The notes under the pieces are model-generated. The model was not told the origin of the DNA, made no database searches, and saw only the letters and a program-made list of their open reading frames with translations. Made by a program: the position numbers and the translations under genes. Below are positions 25,346 through 36,701 of a stretch of DNA of 64,000 bases, piece by piece; positions within the stretch are counted from its first letter, which is position 1, and the number at the start of each line of letters is the position of its first letter. Origin of the DNA: Macrostomum lignano (lineage: Eukaryota); contig NIVC01002315.1 of NCBI GenBank assembly GCA_002269645.1, positions 120,471-184,470 on the forward strand, written 5' to 3'.

Positions 25346-26556
25346 AATGGGTCAATTCCTCAAATGAATCGAGTTGGGGGTTAATCAGAAAACACTTACT
25401 TAGCTGCTCAGTCTAATTTAAAAAACCGTGATGGCTAAATAGCATGTCTGGCCAAGCATTTGAAAAAAGGCGCTGGTCACTGATTTGACTGGCAACGCCG
25501 CAAAGTCTGAATCGCTTGTCCGGAATATAGTTAATGTGCCCCGCGCAATTGATAAACGGCCATTGTTTTCGTAAAAAAATTGGCATAAAGCCAGCCGCAT
25601 ACCACTCAAGCTTGGGGTAGGCCTATTGCTGATATGCAATATAAATGTTTAATTAATAACTAATCTATACCTAAAAAAATTTTCAGAAAACAAAATTTAT
25701 GTAAGAGACATAAAAATTGAAACAATAATAATAAATACAAATAATTTAAATTTGTTTATTTGCACTTGTCCATTTTCAATTCGGCCTACACAGAGAGGCT
25801 TAATAATAGTTTAGGGCGCGAGCCATCAAGCTGCTGCAATGCTGCTGTTGTAAAAATAGCACAGTTTCTCAGGTACAAAAATATCCGACTAATGCTAAGA
25901 TTAGAAGCTTAGTATTAGACAGAGAAAATGCATACACAAAATTAGACGGCATCAAAGCCAAAAGCATAATTCATTCGAATAAGTTATTAGCTATTAACTT
26001 TCCAGCCTAGATAATACTTGATGCACACAAATTTTGAGCATGGAAGCCATTAGAGAGCTGCACTACTTACTGATGTAATATAAAGCTTAGCAACGCAATT
26101 TAAACAATTTGTATGTAATTCTCGATTTGAATGATAAATACAACAACAACGAAATAAAAGCGGTAACAGGTAGCAATCAATTAAGACTTTGTGGGGTAAT
26201 AAATAATTTAAAGTTAAAATACTAGAATTACTGCATAGATATGTCATTTATGCATATCTACTCTTTTTTCAGTAGCAGTAGCAAGAATAGCGTTTTATCT
26301 ATTAAAATTTAATGTTATTGAACCTAGATTTTTAGATCAATTCTATTTGCATCTTCATCCTGTTTTACGACTGCAGACTGTCTCAGACTCGAAATTATTT
26401 AGGATGAAAAATTTCAGATTTCAGAAAAACTTGAAAAACCCAAATCCAGTGCGTGTAAATAGCAAGCAAGAAAGAAAAGGGGTGGCGGCGTGGCGCCCCA
26501 GCCCGCTCGATTAACAGTTGGGCTTTCCTCTTGCCCGCTGATTGCGCCTGACTATG

Positions 26557-26772
26557 ATCTCTCTTCTTACTGTTGTCTCATTGGCTGAGCTAAATTGGTC
26601 CTGTCCCCTAGGCTAAGTTTCGTCCGCCTGACCCAGACCTCTCCCCTTACTGCTCTCTCATTGGCTGAGCCAGATTGGGCCTGTCCCCTAGACTAAGTTT
26701 CGTCCAGATGACTCAGACCTCTCCTTTACTGCTTTTTCATTGGCTGAGCTAGATTGGGTCTGCCTCCTAGAC
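26557..26772. repeat. three degenerate ~80-bp tandem copies, each with a CCAAT box
   Basis: CATTGGCTGAGC at ~26579, 26659 and 26738. Confidence 0.8.
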
Positions 26773-27460
26773 ACTTGTGTACATCGAGTTAATTACTGCT
26801 GCTCATTCCTAACCCCATATGCTCCTGAGGCCGCAAACCCGAAGAAAGAAAGGAAATTTTAACTGCCACATTAAATTTAAGTGAAACTGCGCAAATAAAC
26901 TACAGAAAAGAAGTAGACGCTCTACTTTTTTCACAAATTTAATTGCGATTGGAATACGTATAGTTAGACTACTACTAGTATATGTGGTTTTAGATTTAGT
27001 TATATAGATTTCAGGGGCTCATACTCCAATCACATAAATAAATTGTTTATAAACAGCAACATTATACCAGTAGGGAGTAACAAGCTGCATTAATACCAAG
27101 AGGCTCGTTATTGACACCAATCTACTGACCAGCTAGGTCCAATTACCATCCAATTCCTACAAGAATATATGCAGCGTTTTCCATTTTAAAGAACTACTTG
27201 GGATTTAACTTTTACACTCATACGTGCCATGAAATAATTGTCAATGAGAAGGGAGGGAAATGCTTCTGGTACATTTATAATTTTGACAAAGAGCCAAACC
27301 TAATAAATAATAAAGCAAATTGAATGAGAATATATCCTGCAAAAATATTATAATTGAACACTCTTATAGTACACAAACGCAGTACGCAAAATTGAAGAGT
27401 CCAGAAAACAGTGGTCCCATTTGTCTGTTTTTAATAGCAATACTGGCTGGCTGGCAGGAT

Positions 27461-28936
27461 TCATCGACCAACGGCGACAATGTCCATCTGCTCGAACTCG
27501 TCGACGGTAGCTCCGACGCCGACGCCGCCGCCAGGGATGATCACCGCGGCAGCCGCGTCTGTTGGCAGCTGGACTCGGAGCGGCCGGACTGGCGAGGCCG
27601 GCAGGCACCAGTCCAGCAGTGGCGGGCTACCAGCCGGCGGCCGAGCCCGGAACTTGACGCCGCCGTCGACATCATCGTCGGTGTTGCTGTTGTCGTCGTC
27701 TCCCATAGTCGGCTCCGGCGAAACCATGGCAAGGCCGCGGCCAACAGTGTGCCCGACCGGGTCCTCCTCCATGGCCTCTTCAGTGTAGCCTTCGATCTCT
27801 TGATCAGCTGCCAAGTCATCCTCGTCAGACTCGGCCGCTGAATAATTAGACGAAGGCGGCGGCAACGGCCGGCGAAGGCTTCGATAAGGGCTGGGCAGCA
27901 GAAGGCCAGGAAGCGGAGGCGGCGACGGCTGCGGCGCTGCCTGGTGGCCTGACGCGGCCGCGGCCTCGGTGCTGGACGCTGTGGAAGCTTCGCGACCACG
28001 TCGGCGACCGCTGTGCGCAGCCGGCGGACTCGACGACAGCGAGGAGTTCTGCGCTGCCTGATGCTGTTGAGATCGTGTAGCCATTAGTCTACAAGCCAGC
28101 ACGGATAGGGCTGGCGCTGAGCACGGACTCACGTACTGATTAGTAACCAAGTGTTCAGCAAGCGAGCGCATCGATGAAAATTCGGTGCCAAGTAGTTTTT
28201 GAGCCCATTGGACCACAACGGAGTCGTGTAAGCCGCCGCCGCCGCTGCTGAGGCTACAATCTTCATCTGAAGAAGCCTGCTGTGCAGCAGCCGCAGCAGC
28301 AGCCGTGGCCAAGGAGCCTGACGGCGCAAGCAGTTCAGTCAGTCGTGGCTGCGGTGGACAGGCCTGCTTGCGGAGGCCGCCGTAGCAGTACTTGGACTGT
28401 CCCCGCTGGCCAAGCCGGCGAGGTTTAACGCCGGGAAAGGCGCGCTTCATAGCTTTGCCAAAATCGGCCGTGTTTAAAGGCTTACAACCATGGGCCTCGC
28501 AATACTGCTTATAGTCTGAATAGACTTCGTCTTTGCGCAGACAGACTGTCGGATCCTCTTCTAAGTGGCTGAGAATCCACGTGTGCGCGTGCGCCTGCTC
28601 AGCCTGGTTGCTAAGCTGCAGCGGTTGCTGATGCTGCGACTGGCCAGACAGGCACTGATCGCCAGGGGCTCCGCCTCCGCCAGGAAGTTGCAGATATAAA
28701 AGCAGCTTCTCTAGGTCTGATAGAGAGCGTACAGAGTCTAGAATGGAGCAGACTCGCTCCCGCGCTTCAACTGACACGTCAGATTCAAGATCGTCGCGCA
28801 GTGTATCCATTAACGGCGTGGCGCCGCGACTGGAGTGGCTACCGCTGCTGGCGCTAGCACTGGCGCCAGCACATTCGGCTGCTGGCTCAGTAACTTCTCG
28901 CTTCATCGAGACAATAGTTGGACTAAAAATGTTCAT
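27461..28936 (-). CDS. RFX7: RFX winged-helix transcription factor, RFX5/RFX7 type (491 aa, single coding exon)
   Basis: RFX DNA-binding domain WILSHLEEDPTVCLRKDEVYSDYKQYC...ADFGKAMKRAFPGVKPRRLGQRGQSKYCYGGLRK; N-terminal LSDLEKLLLYLQLP and post-DBD QWAQKLL motifs are characteristic of RFX5/7; no RFX1-4 dimerisation domain. Confidence 0.9.
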   Translation of the reverse strand: MNIFSPTIVSMKREVTEPAAECAGASASASSGSHSSRGATPLMDTLRDDLESDVSVEARERVCSILDSVRSLSDLEKLLLYLQLPGGGGAPGDQCLSGQSQHQQPLQLSNQAEQAHAHTWILSHLEEDPTVCLRKDEVYSDYKQYCEAHGCKPLNTADFGKAMKRAFPGVKPRRLGQRGQSKYCYGGLRKQACPPQPRLTELLAPSGSLATAAAAAAAQQASSDEDCSLSSGGGGLHDSVVVQWAQKLLGTEFSSMRSLAEHLVTNQYVSPCSAPALSVLACRLMATRSQQHQAAQNSSLSSSPPAAHSGRRRGREASTASSTEAAAASGHQAAPQPSPPPLPGLLLPSPYRSLRRPLPPPSSNYSAAESDEDDLAADQEIEGYTEEAMEEDPVGHTVGRGLAMVSPEPTMGDDDNSNTDDDVDGGVKFRARPPAGSPPLLDWCLPASPVRPLRVQLPTDAAAAVIIPGGGVGVGATVDEFEQMDIVAVGR

Positions 28937-30210
28937 ATTGCTACTGGCAGTAGCAGACGATAGTACAGAAGAAAATGCTGCATTTTTTTGTTGGGCACTG
29001 GCAAAATTGCCGCTGCCTATTATTTTAGTTGCGGCGTTGCTGACCGGCAGAAATGCGAATTGTGAATCTATAGAACTAGTACCCTATATGCTACAGCATT
29101 TAAGCAAACCCCCTTATGAATTTCACTTTTACTTTCAACAAACAATTTTAAGATGCTGTAAAGGGGAAAGTTTAAAACATCTAAATAAGAAATGCATATG
29201 CCAGTCTCTACAACAATTCTATGAAGCTCTATAAAGACTTATAGGCTTATATTAAGTATAATTTACTATCAAGCCTATGATACTGAATACAGAAAAATAC
29301 TGATTCACTGGGCAGTATGAAACTACAATATAACAAATTTTGCAATAGTGCAGTGTAGCATAAAAAGTGGCGACCACATATTGAATCTTTTGTGATGGCG
29401 ACTTTTCAGTGTTGCTGAGTATAAATAGAAGGTTCACAATTGACAAAATAGCCAAGATAAAGCTAGCTATTTCATCAACTTCAAATCTAGCTCCCCATAT
29501 TTACAAAATGTTTGTCATATTACAGAGTTGATAAAATGGCTAGCAGCTAACTTTTCCTATTGTATATAGGTGCAGGTCATTTTTTACTATTATTTTGTCT
29601 GCCAGAGGTCTAAACTAGGGCAGGTAATTTATTTGCTATTTTGTCTAATGGAAACAAGTAGCCAACAGTAAAGTAGCATTTTTACAAAATAGTTATCTTT
29701 ATTTTTTTTTCTTATTATATTTCTTATTGCTACTTGTATTAAGATGAATAAACATGCCTGATACCTAGCCAACCTGGCTGATTTGGCTAGGTGGCAGGAG
29801 GTCTAGCCAAGTAAGTTGCAAAAATACAAACCTAAAAAGTTGGACAAAATAAAGAGGGAAAGAAAGAAAAAAGGCAAGAGATAGAAAAGGAAAGGCAAAG
29901 AACAAAAAAACAAAGGGAAAGATGCATAAACAGACTATGCTGTAGCTAGAGGGCAAAGGCAAGTAAGTGACAACCAGAAGCAACTAAGTTGCATTTCTTG
30001 GGAAAACTAAGTTACATTAGCTAGGTAAAATTTTGAAGTTGGATATATTTAAACATGAATATAGATTGTTGGCAATTTAGAATATGTTTTATTAATAAAA
30101 TAGAAACTTTTTATAGAGTTCATGATAAACAAATGCAAAAGAGAAGAAAGAATCAGAATTTGACAATGAAAATACAAAGAAAAGACATAAAAAACCTTAG
30201 ATTAAAATAA

Positions 30211-30814
30211 GGCAGTGCTTATCCCCATGGTACTGTAGCAATAATTTCTATCTTATTCCAATGGTACTGTGGGAATAATTCTCTACTTATCTGCACGGCA
30301 CACTGATGAGATAGCTGCCCTATCTTCTACATAAGCCATGGGAATAATTTAGTTTAGTACTGACAGTTTGAGTGCAGTATAACAACATAACTTTGCTTGA
30401 CCATTTGTTTTATAGAAGTAAAGATTTAATAGTTTTTTATGCAAAAAACACTTTTTGTATTTATAATGTATGATTTAAGGTAAATTGCTCTAGTAATTGT
30501 TTATAATTTGAATTTTTAGCAAAGTCTAATCCCGATGCTGATTAAAGTCCATTACCACTTCTATAGAATTCTACTAGTCATATAAATTTGCAATTTGTTT
30601 GTATAGATTATTGCATTGCTTCAACAATGTTGTGGGAAAAAATTATTCCCATGGCATATATAAAAGATAGAGCAGCTATCTGATCAGTTTGCCATGTGGA
30701 TAAGCAGAAAATTATTCCCACGGCATATGTAGAAGATAGGATAGCTATCTCATCAGTATGCCATGCGGATAAGCAGAAAATCATTCTCATGGAACCATGG
30801 GGATAAGCACTACC
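30211..30814. mobile_element. old MULE/foldback-like MITE
   Basis: Termini GGCAGTGCTTATCCCCATGG / CCATGGGGATAAGCACTACC; long internally repetitive inverted arms; perfect 9-bp TSD TTAAAATAA (30202-30210, 30815-30823). Confidence 0.85.
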
Positions 30815-32571
30815 TTAAAATAAAAGGATATTATAATATTTTTAAATTATACAATATATTACACTATGTATAAACCAACTAGAAGTATTTATTTTTCCTT
30901 TTACTTTTTTAAAATGAGCAACTCAATTAGGCTCATTGTAATGAATACTAAATAACAAAGCCAGGTAAAGGTACAAATGGGTTAATGAGTTAATATTATT
31001 AGCTTAATGTGCCTGCTAAAACTTTTAGCAATACGCTTGTAATGTGGTGAAAGCAATTGAATCTTAGGCAAACCCAGATAAATGTGAATGGAGTTTGAAT
31101 CTAAATTCTAATGAGCTAATCAATGTATATATAGTTGTAATGACCTATATAGATATTTGAAATTTTTGGCAATCTATTAAGTCTAATATATAGAGAGCAA
31201 TAGACAATCTCACTCTGAGCTCCACACAATGCATGCTTAGAAAGAAATCCAATTCAAATTATACATTATATAAAATATAAAATATAAAGGCTAAATACCT
31301 TATCAGCTAATTAGTACTACTTTTAAAATGTTTTGAATATGCATTTTTACAGTTTACCTAGGTTAGATCCTTGCCAACTAGCTAGATTGGCTTGGTGTTA
31401 AATCTAGATGATCTATGACTATATAAGGACAAGTGGCTTAATTATGGTTTAAGTATTAAAATTCCATATATGGCATATTACTATTTTGAGAAGAAAAGAA
31501 AAACTATAAATTATATTTTGCAAAACAAAATAATGCAAAATAATCTATAAGAAAAATGCTAAAAAATAATATATAAGGAATGGAAATCCATTGAATTTGA
31601 ATAGTTCAAAAGTTATGTCATCTATAACTTGGAAAATCAGACCTTTTGAGCAAAAATGATCACAGTGCCTTAGCTTATAGGAAAAATGCATTACAGGAAT
31701 ATCAAAAAATGATACTAAAAGTATTATAACTTTTTTACTACTTGACTAAATTTCAAAAGTTAGGTTTCATTTTGTTCATACAACAAATGTAATGTCTATC
31801 ATATGGTATCAAAAAGTAAATCAAACTCAAAAAATTTTAAATCTAGAAAGCCACCCTATTGTGCTTTACTTTAAATCCTTTAGCCAGGCTTAGTATACCA
31901 AGGTTGGCATACTAAGTACAACAAGTATATTCTAAGCGTATTAATTTAAACATCACAAAATATATATTAGCCTATGTAGGCCTAAAACAAAATCTAAAAT
32001 AAATTTGTTATGTCATTATGAGCATATTTTAAATCTATTTGATAGTTCATAGTTGCAAGTTATGAAATAAATAGTTGCAATTTATTTTGCTGCTACCAAA
32101 GCTGTCGAACTAGGCTTAAAATTTGGTCCTGGACATTTGCACAATTTGCCATCAGGTGTTTTTAAAGAAAGAACTTGGCAGGTCCTTCAGCTAAAGTTTT
32201 TTGCATACTTACGCAAGTAGGCCCTTTACTTTAGATATAGTTATGCGTCTTGCCTTTACTTCCGCATTTGTTACTTTTAAATATATGCTTCAGTTTAGCT
32301 TTGGCCATGCAATGCTGGTCATAAGGCCTTAGAAGCTTAAGGCATTGGAACCTGTAGGGCCTAGTGACAACAACAAATGGCGTTAAAAAAGTGTACTCTG
32401 TGTACGTGCAAAGACGGTCCGACGAAAATAAATAAAAACCATTTAAAAATACTGACATTTACAACAAATCAAACAGTAAAAAGTAAAAAAGTAATATTTT
32501 ATTCTAAAGTAAACACTTTTTTGTATTTTGAGTATTTACGTAAAAATCTTTGCGTTGAATAATGTTGATAT

Positions 32572-33263
32572 CAAGGACGACTTAAGTAGAAGGACGGGAA
32601 ACCTCGTTTCTTAGAAAAGTTTTGAAGGCACTTTTTCCCGAAAAAATACACTACGGAGATAGGAAGTTTTCATTTTTTCAGCACAAAAATTGTTATTGCG
32701 TTTGATAGGAGGCAGATCCAGTGTTCATCTCTTGATATGTTGTGCCTTTTTTATTGCTCTATCGATATTTATAAAGCTTTTCGTTCAGAAAACTAGGATT
32801 CTATGTTAATTTTTGATTCTACGTATGTTTCCTGTATCTAAAAATCACAAAAATGCATGACACAGCTCCAATATTTGGTTTTATGAACCTATTTTATCAT
32901 TCTTACCCGACTGTAGCAAATATTTGTAACAGAGATGATAAAATAGGTTCATAAAACCAAATATTGGAGCTGTGTCATGCATTTTTGTGATTTTTAGATA
33001 CAGGAAACATACGTAGAATCAAAAATTAACATAGAATCCTAGTTTTCTGAACGAAAAGCTTTATAAATATCGATAGAGCAATAAAAAAGGCACAACATAT
33101 CAAGAGATGAACACTGGATCTGCCTCCTATCAAACGCAATAACAATTTTTGTGCTGAAAAAATGAAAACTTCCTATCTCCGTAGTGTATTTTTTCGGGAA
33201 AAAGTGCCTTCAAAACTTTTCTAAGAAACGAGGTTTCCCGTCCTTCTACTTAAGTCGTCCTTG
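32572..33263. mobile_element. palindromic MITE (329-bp arms, 34-bp spacer), P-element-like termini
   Basis: Arms 32572-32900 and 32935-33263 are reverse complements with no mismatch found by eye; termini CAAGG...CCTTG; perfect 8-bp TSD GTTGATAT (32564-32571, 33264-33271). Confidence 0.92.
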
Positions 33264-33512
33264 GTTGATATTTTAAACTTTTAGTTTCAAATTTATGTTT
33301 TTCAAGGAAGTGAAATAAATCAAGTGAGAAACGTTATGGATCTCTTAGACACGCGGCGGCCATGTCTGTAATATAGAATGCGTCTCACTGGAGAGAGTCA
33401 GAGTCAAAGATACAGACAGCAGCTGTGTCAGTATCAGTAAGCCTGCATAGCGCCAGCGGCCGTGTCGTTATCATTAAAATATTTCACACTTAGACTTCAC
33501 ACTAGACTAGAG

Positions 33513-33624
33513 GGCAATCTTCTCGAATTATTCGTTTAATTATTTCCGGAATTATTTCGCCCTCTATTCAAGGGTGGTGGGGGGGTGGGGGTTGGAATTA
33601 AACGAACGATTCGAGAAGATAGCC
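33513..33624. mobile_element. 112-bp MITE, Merlin-like (GG termini, 8-bp TSD)
   Basis: ~29-bp TIRs GGC(A/T)ATCTTCTCGAAT..TTCGTTTAATT; TSD GACTAGAG (33505-33512, 33625-33632); interior shared with 62410-62524. Confidence 0.8.
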
Positions 33625-33689
33625 GACTAGAGACTGAGACAGAGGGTGGCCGTGTCCCTAATAATATAGACTCCTGGTAGCGATGCTCG

Positions 33690-34200
33690 TTTTATAAATA
33701 GTAGAAAAATGAAGGCCAACACCAACATATAAGTAAATTATTATATCCAACGCGTTTCGACACAAGCGGTCATCTTCAGGGCTTGCACTCATGGTTCACA
33801 ATTCCGTATATTTAAATAAATAAAGAAAATCAAAAACTGTACAGGGCAATAGACGAATGGGTTCAGTCCGGTCGATAATTGTACATTAAGAGACGAAAAT
33901 AAATTAAATTATTAGGCCATCACACAGAACAAACAAACACAGCGCAAACAATATTGGCAGGGAGAGAGCCGCAAACCCACACCAAGCCTAGAAAACTTTG
34001 AGCTGTAAATTGGCTCCTCCACCAGCAAGCTAAGTATTGAGACTAGGTTTATGATGCTTAATGTGCCAGGCTTCTAGCACTCTGAGTTTGCCATCAAATC
34101 TACATCTATTCAGAAGATGACTGCTTGTGTCAGAATGCATTGGCTATAATAATTTACTAACTATAATTTTTCTAATATACAATTCATTCAACACAGGCTA
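33690..34200 (-). mobile_element. Penelope-like retroelement remnant with inverted pseudo-LTR piece
   Basis: Minus strand ~34103-33988 reads LNRCRFDGKLRVLEAWHIKHHKPSLNT*LAGGGANLQLKVF* (same family as 10205-10307), followed by a 3' UTR and hammerhead at 33781-33747; an inverted decayed copy of the hammerhead/tail lies at ~34100-34165. Confidence 0.8.
33747..33781 (-). ncRNA. hammerhead ribozyme motif (weakened stem I)
   Basis: CC-CTGAAGA-T-GAC-CGCTTGT-GTC-GAAA-C-GC-G-TT-GG; palindromic stem III AACGCGTT; stem I has only 2 bp in this copy. Confidence 0.55.
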
Positions 34201-36701
34201 GAAGCCGGCCTTAACCTTAAATTTTCTTGCTATATTAAATTAAGTCTTAAATTTTCTTAACTAAAACTAGGTCTAGCTTAGTCTATTTTGGTCTAGACAT
34301 TTATAATTATAGGCCAGGGCCAAGCAATTATAAATTTATGATTTTTTCAAAATTTCCAATTGATGGTTTATATAGCCTATAGGTCCATAAAAATTGCTTT
34401 TAGACAAATTGCCTATTGAAATTTGCCTACCAAGCTTTTCTTGCCAAGACTTGCCTATAGTGCATTTTTCCTCTAAATAAATTTTTTACCAAGATTTAAT
34501 TTTAAATTGGATAAAAAGTATAAATGATCCGCAGATTAGCCCAGGGAAAGGCTCTGCTGCTAGATATATTAGGGACCATATTGCCAAGGATATAAAGCCC
34601 AAAAGGCCCAGATTAGGACTAGGACTCAAGGCCTAATGAAATAGCCTTATTGGATATTACTAGCAGCCTAAGCCTATAAGGATACTAGGGCCTACCAACC
34701 TAACAATAGAGTTAGGAGGATGAGTACAATGACTGTACAAAGACTAATCTACCTAAGCTAGCCCCAATGACAAGTCCAAAATATGCACAAAAAGATTAAA
34801 ATTGGAAATTTTTAGAAAATTAATAGAAACCCAGTCTACAGAAATGGCTTTAAGATTGGAGCAAGTCTAGGTAGGGGCCACTTATTTACTAAGGGCAAGT
34901 CTTTTATCAGATAGGTTGAAATTAGTAAAGTCAAAGATGTTCAAATTGATTCTCCTATAGGGCTGCAAGCCTTAAGGCTTTTTTACTATCTAGCTTTTTA
35001 ATAAGCCTAAGCTAAGGGGTTAGAGAGGTTTTCCTTATTTGGGACAAACTTTTCCCTAGGACATCAATCCACTATCAATGATAAGAGCCAAGAGACAATC
35101 AAAGGAGCCAACAAATGGACTAGAAAAGGCAGAGCTTATAACATTGGACAGCTACATAGCCAAAAAGGTAAAATGCAAAGCTAAAACAAAGGGATAAAAA
35201 CAATAAGAAGGAACACTTAAACCTTTATTATGGGGCTTAGCCTCAAGGCTAGTATCAATTGGGCTCTACTATACACTTTTGTAAATGGTCATCTTTCTTG
35301 CAAGGCAAGTACAACTAAGGGGCTCAAGTCCCATTCTACTAGTCATACTGCAATCCAAAGTCACAATTACTCAATGTTTTATATATCCCTTTCCTTGTAA
35401 ATAAAAGGAGGGCCAAAAAATAGAAAAATAAAGGGTCTATTTTTATATGTGCATATCACCTCAAATAAGGGTATTTAAATATTGAGCTTCTTGAAGGGTA
35501 GGTCAATTGAATAGCCCACTGAGATTTTCCTACAATGCAATTTGCTTGAGTAAGTTTTTTTCTACTGAGGTTTGCCCACAAAGCTTTTTCTTATATAAAA
35601 TTTAGTATATTTAGATAGAAGTAGCAACTAACTTGCTTTGTTAGCCAACATTTTTTAACCAAGTGCTTTCCATTATGAGCCCATTGATTTTTATTTCTTT
35701 TTAGTAGTGCAATAATTTTTGTTAACTCTTAGCCTCACCTTAAAGTGCTATTCACTCCAACCATCAAGGGGACCATTGTGTGCTTTTATTTGTGATTTGA
35801 ATGACAATGTTTAAAAAATTGGGGGAAGTGAAATAAATTTATAGATTTGTGTGAAGTACTACCATCTCACTTTTTACTTGTACTAATAGTGCCTAATAAT
35901 GTTCTTGATTTGACTTTCAAGATTTGATTAAATTATATTTTGTATACCAGTGCTAACCCAAAATCTATAACTTAGCATTGATTTTTCTAGTTATATTTTT
36001 TATTATTGTAAAAGTTTTAAACCATGTTGAATACATTTTTAAAAATATATTTTCCATTGTGGTTGTAAAAATATAAATCTGCCTTCTTACTAAAAGTACC
36101 AGGTCATCTGGACAATTATTGCATTTTCTCCAAATTATAATTAGTCAGACCAAAAACAGTTGCAAGCTGCTCCAAGCCAAATCTGTGGAATAGCCCATCT
36201 TTGGGCACAAAATCCCTATGATCCCCCATTTTTATCTCAAAAAATAAAAGATAAGTGCTAGGGGAAATGTCTTGGCTGTAAGCTGGATGCTTAGGTAGTA
36301 TGCTTATTTAGTACACTGGGCATACATGTGCAACCCCCCCCCCCTGATTTACACTGGCCATGCAACTTACAACCCTAGAGCAAAATTGATGCAATGTTGG
36401 GTAAACGGCAGGAGTAACTATTACTGTATTATTGAGGCTAAGTTACTCGTCATCTAATTAGTACTACGTCTGTATTCTTTGGGATCCTTGGGATATTCTT
36501 TGGGCATTTTTGTAACTTACCCCTGTACAATTTACTGTGGCCGGATCGGCCAGGTCGGCCAGCAGTTGCGCATGTATGACACTGAGAAAGTACAGTAACC
36601 GGGTAGTCTATTTAATCGGCCTGCATATTTGTACTTAGTCTTGCACTATGCCGCGTATATTCTTCAGCTTTTGGAATTCTATTCGGCTGCAACTCAAACA
36701 G

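Noticed and set aside
31540-31860. Possible Tc1/mariner-like end (…AAAGCCACCCTA)
   Set aside because: No matching second TIR or TSD was found in the decayed region.
36648-36701. Upstream ATG extension of CRBN
   Set aside because: The segment is pyrimidine-rich and ends in an acceptor (aaacAG) directly before MADQ, so it is more likely intron or outron.
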